Shown here: in pieces, positions 29,401 to 40,256 of the stretch
How the letters are laid out: every line of letters begins with the position of its first letter
Position numbering within the stretch: the stretch's first letter is position 1
Virus record (IMG/VR): IMGVR_UViG_3300033049_000066
Coordinates: 229,279 to 293,278 of that record
Direction: 5' to 3' (one strand)
DNA: 64,000 nt
The notes under the pieces: model-generated
The model's database searches: none
What the model was told of the DNA's origin: nothing
What the model saw: only the letters and a program-made list of their open reading frames with translations
Position numbers and translations under genes: made by a program

Positions 29401-32022
29401 ATGGCCATTAATTACATCAAAGGTGAATCACTAGCTGCAAATTTATTGCGCGGTGGAGTTGACCTAGCTGTTGAAACAGATTTACTCTATGTTGATGTAG
29501 CCAACGGACGCATTGGTATACAAAATGCAACACCAGGAACAACACTTGACATCACAGGAACAGTATCTGCGATGGCAGTCGTAACACCGATTGTAACCGT
29601 CGGCAACGTTATTATTAGCAACAACAATATTACAACCTCCATAGATGACTTAACCCTTACTTCAGCAACCACAAATGTTTCCTTACTTGGTGACCTAACA
29701 TTTAACGCTCCAGTTAGCGACATAACTGGTCAAGGTGATCTAGATAATTTAAACAATCAATCCGCACTTACAATAGTCACAACACTAGTTGATACACCGT
29801 ATTACCTGGGCAACGCAAGAGATGCAGTGTCTATAGGCTCGGACAGCGTAATCGCCGCAGCTAGCAGCCTGTATCTCACCCCAGACGGCTTGACAATATT
29901 TTATGTTGACAACAGCGGTGCTGGTACAATCCCAGTGGATGTGTACCAATCAACACTTGGTGTAGCCTTTGATTTATCAACAGCTGGTGTACCATCATTT
30001 ACAACGATTACAGGCGGCGCAATAACAGAAGCTGCCCATGCCGTTACTTTTAATATAAACGGCTTGGAAATGTATATTTCAAAATATACAAACGCTGGCG
30101 TTGATACGATAGTAGAAAAATTTACCCTTAGCTTAGCATTTGATTTATCATCGACAGTGACTTACATAGGAAATATTGTGTTAGGCGCTGGTGATGCGTT
30201 TAACTTTGCGCCAACATATTCCGCAGATGGATTAAAAGCTTACAACGCAGCCATTGACACCGCCGGCATATTTATTAATGAATACGATCTTAGCCCAGCA
30301 TATGATTTAACAACCGCTGTTTTTAATGGCAACTTTGATATCTCAACTGAGATAGTTAACACCACAAATTACATTACGACAGCCATGTCAACAGATGGAT
30401 TTACTGTATTTGCAGCGCAATATGCGGCGACAAATAACGTACTAGTAAGCTATGCATTAGGCACCGCACTTGATATTACAACCGCAGTTGAGCTACAAAC
30501 AGTTACCCCAGCAACAACCGCCGAAGTACAAGGCATATGGTTCCCATCAGATGGATTTAATTTTTACTGGCTAGACGATGACGGTGTGCTACTTCAATTT
30601 GATAGTACAAACAAATCCCCAAACACGACATCCACGGCGCTTAATTTCAGCGGCGCAGGAAAACTTATTACAACGGATGACGGAGTACAGATAAGTGGGC
30701 AGCTAATTTTACCAGGATATGCTACTGCGAGTATACCAGCTACAACTATAGCAGGCGGTCTGATTTACGACACAGATACAAACTCATTGAAAGTTTACAA
30801 CGGCAATGACTGGACAGCAATTGCTGGAGGCGGCAGTGGTGGCGGCAGTGGTGGCGGTATGCAAGGATGGAATTTGTCCACCGCAACAAACGCATCAAAG
30901 TCATTTTCAGTAGCAGGTCAGTTAGGTGAACCCACAGATTTAGCTATAAGTGAAGACGGTACAAAAGTTTATATTACAGATTTTGATGGCGTAGCGCCAG
31001 GGGTGTATCAGTATAATTTGACCACAGCTTGGGATTTTAGCACCGCATCGTACTCGGGCAATTTCGCCTCGACAATCGGCAACGGGGATTTCCCACTGTC
31101 CATAGCGTTCAATCGCAGCGGAACAAAAATGTTCATCGGGTCTACGAATGAAGTACATCAGCACACTTTGTCCCCGGCATGGGAACTTAGCGGCGCGAAC
31201 CCGGATCTAATCTCGTACACAATCGGCGCAGGTGTCGCAGCATCTGCGATAGCGTTCAACCCAGCCGGCACGGTGTTGCTCGTGCTAGACGACACAACAC
31301 GGACCGTCACCCAACATACTATGACATTACCGTACGACGTGGAAAATGCGGTAGCATCAGGGCTAAGCGGAGATGTTTTTGGCACAGTTAATAGTGGAGC
31401 ACGTGGGCTTAGTCTTAGTCCAGATGGTTACAAGATGTACGTCTCAGATGGACCAAATGAAGAAGTATACGAGTACCAGCTCACCACAGCACACGATCCA
31501 TCCACCTTAGTCTACACCAATCGGGCCCTAAGCACCACGGCCATCGACGGAGACATAGGCGGGATATTTTTTAGATACGACGGAAACAGACTGTACATGG
31601 TAGGCACCACCACCGACGCAGCCTATCAGTTCGACTTAGCATGGCACGACGAATACAGCCTCGCCACACAAGATTACGTAGACACCACATCCGTTAGCAT
31701 CGCGGGTGATGCTATGACCGGTGCACTAACAACCACCGGTGGTGTTGACTCACTAACAACCGCAACGACCGTAGTAAACGTAGCCGCAGCAGCAGCGCCG
31801 ACAGTCGGTCAAGTACTTACAGCAACCTCGGACTCACTTGCGACATGGCAAGATGCAGCAGGCGGCGACCCAGCCTCAGAGACCGTATCTGGAACAATTG
31901 AAATAGCAACACAGATAGAAGTTGATACCGGCACTGATGCGGTCCGTGCGGTGACACCAGCAACGCTACAAAAGAAAGCCGAAGAAACAGCAATGATAAT
32001 GTCTGTAGTATTTGGGATATAA
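29401..32022 (+). CDS. Tail fibre / receptor-binding protein with beta-propeller-like repeats
   Basis: LYVDVANGRIGI; repeated DG.K.Y...Y.L..AWD.STA units; gp34-like ATQIEVDTGTD..RAVTP. Confidence 0.8.
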   Translation: MAINYIKGESLAANLLRGGVDLAVETDLLYVDVANGRIGIQNATPGTTLDITGTVSAMAVVTPIVTVGNVIISNNNITTSIDDLTLTSATTNVSLLGDLTFNAPVSDITGQGDLDNLNNQSALTIVTTLVDTPYYLGNARDAVSIGSDSVIAAASSLYLTPDGLTIFYVDNSGAGTIPVDVYQSTLGVAFDLSTAGVPSFTTITGGAITEAAHAVTFNINGLEMYISKYTNAGVDTIVEKFTLSLAFDLSSTVTYIGNIVLGAGDAFNFAPTYSADGLKAYNAAIDTAGIFINEYDLSPAYDLTTAVFNGNFDISTEIVNTTNYITTAMSTDGFTVFAAQYAATNNVLVSYALGTALDITTAVELQTVTPATTAEVQGIWFPSDGFNFYWLDDDGVLLQFDSTNKSPNTTSTALNFSGAGKLITTDDGVQISGQLILPGYATASIPATTIAGGLIYDTDTNSLKVYNGNDWTAIAGGGSGGGSGGGMQGWNLSTATNASKSFSVAGQLGEPTDLAISEDGTKVYITDFDGVAPGVYQYNLTTAWDFSTASYSGNFASTIGNGDFPLSIAFNRSGTKMFIGSTNEVHQHTLSPAWELSGANPDLISYTIGAGVAASAIAFNPAGTVLLVLDDTTRTVTQHTMTLPYDVENAVASGLSGDVFGTVNSGARGLSLSPDGYKMYVSDGPNEEVYEYQLTTAHDPSTLVYTNRALSTTAIDGDIGGIFFRYDGNRLYMVGTTTDAAYQFDLAWHDEYSLATQDYVDTTSVSIAGDAMTGALTTTGGVDSLTTATTVVNVAAAAAPTVGQVLTATSDSLATWQDAAGGDPASETVSGTIEIATQIEVDTGTDAVRAVTPATLQKKAEETAMIMSVVFGI

Positions 32023-32045
32023 ATAACATAACAAGGAATTAAATA

Positions 32046-32372
32046 ATGGCGAACACACTTAAAAACGCAGGACAACTGATTGGTGCAACAAGCACGACAA
32101 TATATACAGTGCCTGCAGCGACGACCGCAGTAGTACATGCGGCATGGTTCGCAAACTTACACGCATCAAATCAGCTAACCATCACCGTTACGTGGACTGA
32201 TTTGTCAGACGCGTCGACAGTACATACAATATTAAATAACGTGCCTATCCCAGTAAATGATACGCTTATCTTTGATAAGCCAATAAACTTAGAGACAGGT
32301 GATATTTTATCAGCCCTTTGTAGTTCGGCAAACGATGTGGAAGCGACTGTAGCGTTGATGGAGATTACATAA
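32046..32372 (+). CDS. Fibre-associated small structural protein
   Basis: MANTLKN...IYTVPA.T...INLETGD. Confidence 0.7.
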   Translation: MANTLKNAGQLIGATSTTIYTVPAATTAVVHAAWFANLHASNQLTITVTWTDLSDASTVHTILNNVPIPVNDTLIFDKPINLETGDILSALCSSANDVEATVALMEIT

Positions 32373-33379
32373 TGTCACTGGTATCGGGAACTAATTATAG
32401 CAAGACAGTGGTCGGCGGAGCAAGGAACGCAATCATCAATGGAAACTTTGATATATGGCAACGCGGAACCTCATTTGCTGCAATTGCCGGAAATGCATAC
32501 TCAGCTGATAGATTTCAGTATGAAAAGAACGGTGCAATGATACATACCGTATCGAGAAGTACTGACGTACCAACCTACGCTGAAAGTGGTGTTCTAAGCA
32601 ATTATTCATATCTAGCTGATGTTACGACAGTAGATACGTCAATTGCTGCAGGTGATCATTGTTTCATTGAATATACTCTAGAAGGATACGATTACGCGCG
32701 GATAGCAGGTGGTGATGCTACGTTATCATTTTGGGTCAAGGCCGCAAAGACAGGAATCCATTGTGTTGGCCTTAGAAATTCTGTAGCTGACAGAAGTTAC
32801 ATAAGTGAGTACACAATTATTGCGGCTGATACTTGGGAAAAGAAAATCATAACTGTACCACTAACAGAAACTGGCGGAACTTGGAATTACACAACTGGAA
32901 GAGGATTGCAAATTGTTTTCATGCTTGCTGTCGGTACAACATTTCAAACCACAAAAGACGCATGGCAAACAGGTAATTTCTTAGGCACTGCAAATCATGT
33001 CAACGAAGTTGACAATGTCGCAAATAATTTTAGAATAGCCCAAGTTCAACTTGAAAAAGGGGAAGCCGCCACGCCATTTGAATTTCGCGCATTTAGTGAT
33101 GAACTAGGAAAGTGCCAAAGATACTACGAATCAGGAACCAGGCATATTGTTCATCCTGGTATGGTCAACGGCACAACTACAACAGCAGGAACCATTAGTG
33201 TCAAATTTAACACACCGAAGCGGGCCACCCCGACGATTTCGTATGCAACACTTAATACCACCACCACCGGCACCTTCCAGTTAGATGACGAAAATGGATT
33301 TGAGGTCATAAATCTTACAGCAGATGGGAGCAGCTCAATAGCCAGGATCAACAGCTGGTCAGCAGATGCGGAATTATAA
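32372..33379 (+). CDS. Tail fibre tip / carbohydrate-binding-like protein
   Basis: RNAIINGNFDIWQRG, TLSFWVK, VQLEKG..ATPFE.R....EL..CQRYY, C-terminal ADAEL. Confidence 0.8.
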   Translation: MSLVSGTNYSKTVVGGARNAIINGNFDIWQRGTSFAAIAGNAYSADRFQYEKNGAMIHTVSRSTDVPTYAESGVLSNYSYLADVTTVDTSIAAGDHCFIEYTLEGYDYARIAGGDATLSFWVKAAKTGIHCVGLRNSVADRSYISEYTIIAADTWEKKIITVPLTETGGTWNYTTGRGLQIVFMLAVGTTFQTTKDAWQTGNFLGTANHVNEVDNVANNFRIAQVQLEKGEAATPFEFRAFSDELGKCQRYYESGTRHIVHPGMVNGTTTTAGTISVKFNTPKRATPTISYATLNTTTTGTFQLDDENGFEVINLTADGSSSIARINSWSADAEL

Positions 33380-33436
33380 GGAAACTGCACCAACGAAATC
33401 TAACTGATAAATAGTGTTAAATAATAGGATAAAAAT

Positions 33437-33844
33437 ATGAAATATAAATTAGAAGCCAATGGCGTTAAAAATAACGAAACCGGTGCAATTATTCCAAACT
33501 CGACAGAAAATCGGGATTGGGTAGAATATCTAGCATGGGTAGCCGACGGTAACACCCCAGACGCAGAATTCACAGCTGAAGAAATTGAGGCCAAACGAAT
33601 TCTCACTATCAAAGCGACAGCGGGATCAAAGATCGTTGAGATAATGCCTGAATGGCGTCAAAGAAATAATCTAGCGAGAATGCTTGAGATAATTTCAACC
33701 GCTGTTGATTTAACTAAACTATCAGCTCTGGATCTTGACGAAATCGCAGCAGCCCAGATTCAATGGAATGACGTGAAGGTAATCCGTACAAAATCTAACG
33801 ATGCTGAAAAGGATGGCACAGCAGCAGATAAAATAAACTGGTAG
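33437..33844 (+). CDS. Tail fibre assembly chaperone-like protein
   Basis: IP....NRDW.EYLAWVA.GNTP; follows the fibre gene. Confidence 0.65.
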   Translation: MKYKLEANGVKNNETGAIIPNSTENRDWVEYLAWVADGNTPDAEFTAEEIEAKRILTIKATAGSKIVEIMPEWRQRNNLARMLEIISTAVDLTKLSALDLDEIAAAQIQWNDVKVIRTKSNDAEKDGTAADKINW

Positions 33845-33848
33845 TAAT

Positions 33849-34286
33849 TTATTTAATATATAAATCTTTTAGTGTGTTTATGCGCTTAAAAATATCATCA
33901 ATTTTTATAGTAGCCCACAAGCCAGGGTGAAGCGGCCTCGGAATAATATCTGAATCAATCCAAGCGTACCCGACGTGTTCGTGATTTAGTACCGGGGTAA
34001 ATTCTTCTTCTACTAGACAATAAAAAGTATGGAAGACAAAGAAGTCCCCCTTCGCAGTGAATTTTTCAATGGGAATAAGTTTTATCGTCTCGGGCATGAA
34101 ACCCATTTCCTCACGACACTCACGTTCTATAGCGTCAAGGAGCGTTTCCCCAACCTCAATCTTGCCACCCGGCAAAGACCAGTGCCCCTTATATTTTCGA
34201 TCATTTCGCATCAGGTACAAGTGCCGGTTAGTAGCTTGGCTATAGAACCATACCCCCACCGCTTCAATGTGATTTCTGCGATTCAT
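33849..34286 (-). CDS. Nudix hydrolase
   Basis: Nudix box GGKIEVGETLLDAIERECREEMG. Confidence 0.93.
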   Translation of the reverse strand: MNRRNHIEAVGVWFYSQATNRHLYLMRNDRKYKGHWSLPGGKIEVGETLLDAIERECREEMGFMPETIKLIPIEKFTAKGDFFVFHTFYCLVEEEFTPVLNHEHVGYAWIDSDIIPRPLHPGLWATIKIDDIFKRINTLKDLYIK

Positions 34287-35218
34287 GAGTCACCTTTATT
34301 TTTCCATAATCTACCAAGTAAAAAGTCCTGTGGTTCGGTTCCTGGAATACATCGTGTATTAATTGATCCATTATTGTACCATTTTTGTTTACTGAGCGTG
34401 GATGCTATTTTTTTATTAATATTAGAATTTCGGTTAACTGCAATTTCTTTCATTTTGTTTGAGAATTTTAATTTACTTTCATCATTCTGATCATTTCTTG
34501 TTTGCTGTCTTTTTTGTTTTATTTTGGATTTTTCATTTGATGATTTATTATTATGTGTTATGATTCTTTTATTAATAATAGATTCTTTTTCTATAGGTGA
34601 TTTATTTTTCCATGCTTCCTTTCGCTTATTGGAAATAACGGTTTTTTCTATTTGTGATCTGTTTGTAGCTTGATCCTTGGATCTTTGCGCATGTATTTCT
34701 TTTTCTTCTTTGGGTTTATTATTCCAAATTTCTTTAAACTTACGGGCATATTCATCCTTTCCATATTGGGATTTATTCTCCCAATTAATTTTATGTGAGT
34801 TAGATGCCCTTTTAAAAATCGCATCTTTCTCGTCTTGAGATTTATTTGCCCATTGTTTTTTGGTTTGGTTAGATTTATGAATATTTAACTCTTTTTTAAT
34901 TTTGGCGAACACTCTGGCGGTGATCATGGATTGATATCTATTCTGGCGCGGGTCCGCCCTCATCATTGAAAGTGCGTTTATCATAGCATATTTGGATTTA
35001 TTTGTTATCATTTTTGTTAATAGCCAATGGCAAATAAAATGTTCCCTATGTGTTAAATGTACTCCATTCCAGTTATGTTTGAATAAATTTTTATATTCTG
35101 GGCACAAAGATTTTGGAAGAACATGATGATGCTCGGTTTCGTTAGCAATCTTAACATCGTTTGCTCTGTATATAATATTAAAGTACCATCTTGTGTATTT
35201 GTTATTTAAAAATTGCAT
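34283..35218 (-). mobile_element. Free-standing HNH homing endonuclease
   Basis: NNKYTRWY, EHHHVLPKS, LTHREHFICHWLL; W.NKS..EK repeats; own late promoter; very AT-rich. Confidence 0.85.
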
Positions 35219-35240
35219 ACCGCTATTTATGCGATAACAA

Positions 35241-36620
35241 TTAAAATATTAAATTCCAATCACCACCGCTGTAAACGCCCTCGTAACTTCTTGTCCAAGC
35301 CCCAATGGTGTATTTGAATTGTACACTTGTAGTTAAATTTGAAACGTACTGCGGTGTCGCACCGTCAGGATCGGCAACGTCATGTGCCTGGGCCGAGAAC
35401 GCAACAGACCACCCAGCGCCGTCGTACACAATAATATCATTCTCGTTAGCTACAACATCACCCCAGGCCGAAGCAAATACAGGATTCACCCCATCCCCGA
35501 TAGCGTCCGTAAGCAGGTAACGATCTCCTGTAGCAAGCCCTGTTAACGGCCCAGACTCAATTGGATTTATTACAGCAGTTACAGGATCAAGTGTATTCGT
35601 CGGTAGCGTATCAGTATCAACATTAAATAGTAGCAAGCTGGAATCTGATGGGTGATATGAAATTGTGCCAATGACGTCAGGGCGATCAGGAGCCTCCAGG
35701 CGAATCTGTGAAATGCCGCTGTTCAACGTGCCGTACTCATCTATCACAGCATGCCACGACAAATCATCCGCTTTAGGATCCGGAATCAATCCGATGTTGC
35801 CATCATCCCCGGGGACATTGCCATCTAAGATGCGTATCTGATTGCCCAGTAGCAAAATTTGATAACCATGCGGTGTGATTTTCAGCCTTGTTCCGAGAAG
35901 AATATCGTCACTGTCGATGGCATCAACGTACTGTCCAACGTCGTCGTAGATGCTAGCAATGACCTTGTGTATTACGCCTTCCTTGGTAACTCGAGCCGGC
36001 GGGCTAATCCATATCGGTAATGTAAATTTCAATGTAGCAATGTCGATCGCCCCATCATTATTTGGAATTGATCTTGACGACCAGTTCGTGTCGTCAATAT
36101 CAACGACACTGAGGCTAGTCCAATCAAGATAATTGTCGGTGCTCTGTATTTCAAATGACGGGTTAAAAAGTACTAAAATTTGTTCAAGTAATTGTAGCTT
36201 CATGTCGGTGCTAGAAGTCCACGCATCTAATTTGAGACTCAAACTGTACGGAACCGGCATCGGTCTCTCAATGTCAAAGGCATTGCCCTGGACCATTTCG
36301 AAAGTTTGTGTATCTTCATCCCAAGCTCGTTGTTTTACATTTTTTCTGTCAACGTGGTACGGTTCCTGCATTCGAGGCCGATCATATTTTAGCCCATCAA
36401 TATAAAAAGACATCAGCGGTGCACTCGGCATGCTGTTTGCTGAGGCATCCGCTAAGATAGTAGTAGCCTGTCGCGTCGCATCCCCGTATCGTATCGGAAC
36501 CCGCACTAGTACTGGTTGGTTGTTGCTGTCGAGCCCACCGACCACCTCGAAGTTGCTAAACATTCTAGCAAATTGTACTAAAAATCTTCGTATCTGCCCA
36601 TCGTAAAAATATGTACTCAT
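35241..36620 (-). CDS. gp15: Tail sheath stabilizer/terminator
   Basis: YFYDGQIRR, VPIRYG, PVPY.L, QLLEQILVLFNP. Confidence 0.88.
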   Translation of the reverse strand: MSTYFYDGQIRRFLVQFARMFSNFEVVGGLDSNNQPVLVRVPIRYGDATRQATTILADASANSMPSAPLMSFYIDGLKYDRPRMQEPYHVDRKNVKQRAWDEDTQTFEMVQGNAFDIERPMPVPYSLSLKLDAWTSSTDMKLQLLEQILVLFNPSFEIQSTDNYLDWTSLSVVDIDDTNWSSRSIPNNDGAIDIATLKFTLPIWISPPARVTKEGVIHKVIASIYDDVGQYVDAIDSDDILLGTRLKITPHGYQILLLGNQIRILDGNVPGDDGNIGLIPDPKADDLSWHAVIDEYGTLNSGISQIRLEAPDRPDVIGTISYHPSDSSLLLFNVDTDTLPTNTLDPVTAVINPIESGPLTGLATGDRYLLTDAIGDGVNPVFASAWGDVVANENDIIVYDGAGWSVAFSAQAHDVADPDGATPQYVSNLTTSVQFKYTIGAWTRSYEGVYSGGDWNLIF

Positions 36621-36623
36621 AAT

Positions 36624-37985
36624 TTAATTGTCCTTGTCCGGCCTCAAAAGTTCTGAGAGGGACTGTCTGCTTGGAATATCGCCTCTGTCTGTCGTGCTGA
36701 TCATATCGGTGTTGTTCACAAATTGGCTACGCTGTGTCTCACCATTCAGATACAAATCAGTGCGCACATCATCCTCAATCTTGATCCACGTCGTCCCATC
36801 ATATCTAAAAAGTCTGTTGGGCTTGTAGTCTAGTCGGAGTACGTGCTCTCCAATGTCAGGGTTAACTGGAAATGATGTGCCTGGGGTAACGGGCCAACCG
36901 TTTGGTGCGAGACCATCACCTATCAGATAACCCAATCTCAATTTGTTACAATTTGCGCCACTAAAATCTGCGGTAGATACTGCGAGCTGGTCGACAGTTA
37001 CATTGTCAAGATCAGCAGTGACACCAGGATTGTATGTACTCGCATCAACTGTTATACCCGAGTCCACCGTGATAACGATACTGTCTGCCGAAAGGCTAAG
37101 AGTGGTAGTGTCTGCTGTTGGCGTACTGCCATCAGCCGTGAGCCCATCCTCCGCCGCCGTTATCACCCCAGCATCTGCGGTAATGCCGACAATCTTCACC
37201 GGTTCCTGATTCTCATCATATGAGATAACGTAGAATTTGCTTACATCGTACCCACTCTGTGGAACCTCGACCTCAGCCTGCTCGAGAATCGCGTCGTTAA
37301 TATCAAGATTTTTGTTATGCTGCGACATATAGTCCGCCAACGACCCCGCCCCATTTCCTTTCCCATCATCCCCATCGATCCCGCCTGTGGTGTCGATGTA
37401 GCCTTCAAGAATATCGTTGTATTCCTGGGTGGCAACCAGCGGTACTGCTTTCACCCGCCATAGATGCGGCATCCACGTTTGACTGAACCCTTCACTGGCG
37501 AAAGAAGCATCATTGATGACGTAAAATTTCGGCAGTGCTTTGGGTATTGATTGATCGAGCGGATGGAAGTCTCGCAAATTAGGTATTTCAAGCACGTCAC
37601 CATTCATTAGCTTACGACCGAGATAATCAATCATATCATTGTAGTGGAACGTGATGAATAACGTATCATTTTGCATGAATAAGCCAAATTGGCTTAAATC
37701 AAAATCTATATCCTGTGTACGATACACCCCGCGCTGTACGTAGACATCGTCTGCGTACTTGCGATTACGATTTTCAAGCAATAGCAAATCTTCTATGAAC
37801 AGAGGATTCGTCTCGTCGTATGTTGGGATAGTAGCATCCCCAGACGGTTCAGCTGTGGTTTTCGGTCCGAGATACTTGTGGATGTGTATATCTAACCCGC
37901 CCACAGTATATTGCTCTCGAATTATATTATCGAGAAACTTAAAATCGTTAGTTTTGTCTTGGCGCCACAATGACAGTCTTGGCAT
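36624..37985 (-). CDS. Neck protein (gp14-like)
   Basis: MPRLSLW, DLLLLENRNRKY, LSQFGLF, GDVLEIP; directly upstream of gp15. Confidence 0.75.
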   Translation of the reverse strand: MPRLSLWRQDKTNDFKFLDNIIREQYTVGGLDIHIHKYLGPKTTAEPSGDATIPTYDETNPLFIEDLLLLENRNRKYADDVYVQRGVYRTQDIDFDLSQFGLFMQNDTLFITFHYNDMIDYLGRKLMNGDVLEIPNLRDFHPLDQSIPKALPKFYVINDASFASEGFSQTWMPHLWRVKAVPLVATQEYNDILEGYIDTTGGIDGDDGKGNGAGSLADYMSQHNKNLDINDAILEQAEVEVPQSGYDVSKFYVISYDENQEPVKIVGITADAGVITAAEDGLTADGSTPTADTTTLSLSADSIVITVDSGITVDASTYNPGVTADLDNVTVDQLAVSTADFSGANCNKLRLGYLIGDGLAPNGWPVTPGTSFPVNPDIGEHVLRLDYKPNRLFRYDGTTWIKIEDDVRTDLYLNGETQRSQFVNNTDMISTTDRGDIPSRQSLSELLRPDKDN

Positions 37986-38053
37986 ATTATATTCCTGCGT
38001 TTCATGTATTTATGCAGAAATCTATTGTACGGTTTTAAGTTACTGAGATATAG

Positions 38054-38910
38054 TTAAACTTCACCGGGCAGAATGTTCTCAATAATTTCTTTTAACTCAG
38101 GATGATAATCAATCTTGTACGTCACATCACTCGGGTGTAACGACCATCTACTGTGCACAATTTTGTCACCCTCGGGGATATCATCGTAGACAATGTGGAC
38201 ACGATAGACCCCATTCCCGATGATGACGCGCCATTGATTTTGCGTCTTCGTTCGCTCACCCCCGCACCAGCAGTGATATCTCACATAGCCCTTGAGCTTA
38301 CAAATCACAATAAATTCTGAGAGTGTCATTCAATCTCGCATGAGGATAGCAGTAATAATTTTTTCCAGTGACGCCGAATCGTCGACGATATTGCCGGACG
38401 ATATGCGCTCAATTAGCATCGCACTGAGAATGATAGTTTCACCTTTAGATTGGTAGTACTGAATGACCGCACTGTGCGATTCGGTGGCTATGCGGATGTA
38501 GAATTTTGTACATGGACCGTTGCAGGTTGGTAATTCGCTATGATGTTGGACCATCCCTTTAAGTTTGCATACTAAAATAAAATCAAGCAATGTCATCAGG
38601 CGGGTATGAACTGATTTTGCAAATCGCTTATTTTAGCTTTTTTGATAAAAACCGTTGATTTCCGGCCATTGAAGCCAGTGAATAAAACATCCGCATACAC
38701 AAGCGCAAATTTAGACTTACCTTTTGCGTTACTGGTATAACGGTATATTATTTGACTGTGCATATTCCCATAGCGCGGCAAATCTCGGACTTCTAATTTG
38801 CATATAACGTTCCTGTTGTGTGAATCATATATCTCGTCGCTGGATATAATGGATTCATTGTGTATCATCCCTTTGAGTTTCCAAAACGTTAGCATATTTT
38901 CAAATTTCAT
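38054..38910 (-). CDS. Three small proteins with a shared N-terminal KLKG motif (38054-38329, 38330-38596, 38596-38910)
   Basis: FIVICKLKG, FILVCKLKG, MLTFWKLKG; abutting ORFs. Confidence 0.75.
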
Positions 38911-39473
38911 AATCTTTCTTCCGTTGCGTGTTATTCAAGCGTTATGTGTGGTCATCGGCCATTTTGCTTATCGTTCGCATACAGCAATTTAATTCATTAA
39001 CTTTGTCCTGTAGTTCAGTTATTTTGTCCCATGTTTTTTCGATAGCGCATACCTCCCACTTACCATCCGGAGTTGTTCTGTATACTAATCTTCCACCTAT
39101 CATTTTTTCTTCATAATACATACTGACCTCCATTTTTTTCTGCTGCTGCTGTGTTGAATATTTTGTGTACCATAATCTTTCTTCCTTTGCGTGTTATTCA
39201 AAGTCGTTATATTCTTTTCATGTTCGCCAGATATATCTTCCCGCGCTTATCGCCAGTATCAATTTCGATAGTCCCATATGGCTCGTATTCTTTAGCTTCG
39301 TCAGGCGTTAAGAATCTAGCCGATTTGCCACAAAAAGCATCAGCAAAAAATTGCTCGGTTTTTTTCTTCTTTTTCTCTATTTCATCATTAACCATATCAT
39401 TCTCCAAATAAAAATATAAAAATATAACAAGCAAATTTCATAATCTTTCTTCCTTTGCGTGTTTCAAGCGTTA
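38908..39473 (-). repeat. Three copies of a ~31-nt intergenic leader repeat (38911-38941, 39174-39206, 39442-39470)
   Basis: TAA-CG(A)CTT(T)GAA(TA)ACACGCAA(A/C)GGAAGAAAGATT-ATG. Confidence 0.92.
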
Positions 39474-39668
39474 TAAACTCACATTAATACAACCGTCATT
39501 TTTTAATCCGTTGTACTCACTAGGTTCTTCAATGTCTATTGTTGGGTTATTGACATCTCCGTAATTTTTCTCAACGTAATTTATAATTTCGTCCCGACTA
39601 GGTGTCTCACCATCAAATATAATTAAAATAGTGTTGTCTCCATAATCCTTACTTGACTCATACATCAT
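38942..39668 (-). CDS. Three small early ORFs (38942-39121, 39207-39395, 39471-39668)
   Basis: Each has an RBS and stops exactly at a leader repeat. Confidence 0.7.
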
Positions 39669-39902
39669 AATCTTTCCTTTGCTCTTTATCTAACTGTTAT
39701 ATACATTATATGACATATAACGCCAAAGGTCAACCTCTAATTGCGGTTATTTAAGATTATTTTAGGGCTGTTTTACTATGATTTACTGGTACTGCTACGT
39801 GAATGCCGGCCAAAAACGCCGCTAAAAACCAGTATTCTTATATAAATCAATAACTTACCAATATATTACTCTGATTTAATAAATGCTAGAACCTTATATA
39901 AA

Positions 39903-40256
39903 TCAATGACTTACTAGAGCAGCTCTCGGGGATTCCCCGATCACCTGCTTTCCGTGCCTGTACCACTCCTTCGTGCCATCAGCTAGTTCAACAGCCGGCC
40001 CGCCTATTCTGTGTAGTTTACCGTATCTGTACCACCACGTAGCACCATTTGTAAGTGCCATAGCCGGGCCGCCTATTCTGTGTAATTTTCCATTTTGGTA
40101 CCAAAATTTGTCACCATTTGCGTACTCGATAGCAGGCCCATCTTCTCTGTGTGATTTTCCATTTTGGTACCAAAATTTGTCACCATCTTTGTCAACACGA
40201 ATATCGTACTTTAAGCGATTGAATGTTTCTTGTGCTGTACCTTCAATCACGAGCAA
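39903..40256 (-). CDS. HREDGPA-repeat (MORN-variant-like) protein
   Basis: Repeats of WY.NGKLHR..GPA. Confidence 0.85.
   Translation of the reverse strand: MLVIEGTAQETFNRLKYDIRVDKDGDKFWYQNGKSHREDGPAIEYANGDKFWYQNGKLHRIGGPAMALTNGATWWYRYGKLHRIGGPAVELADGTKEWYRHGKQVIGESPRAALVSH

Noticed and set aside
38908-39473. CRISPR array
   Set aside because: Spacers are gene-sized (~230 nt), the repeats are RBS leaders, and no cas genes are present.
39903-40256. Diversity-generating retroelement target
   Set aside because: No reverse transcriptase or separate template repeat in the window; the repeats are ordinary intragenic units.
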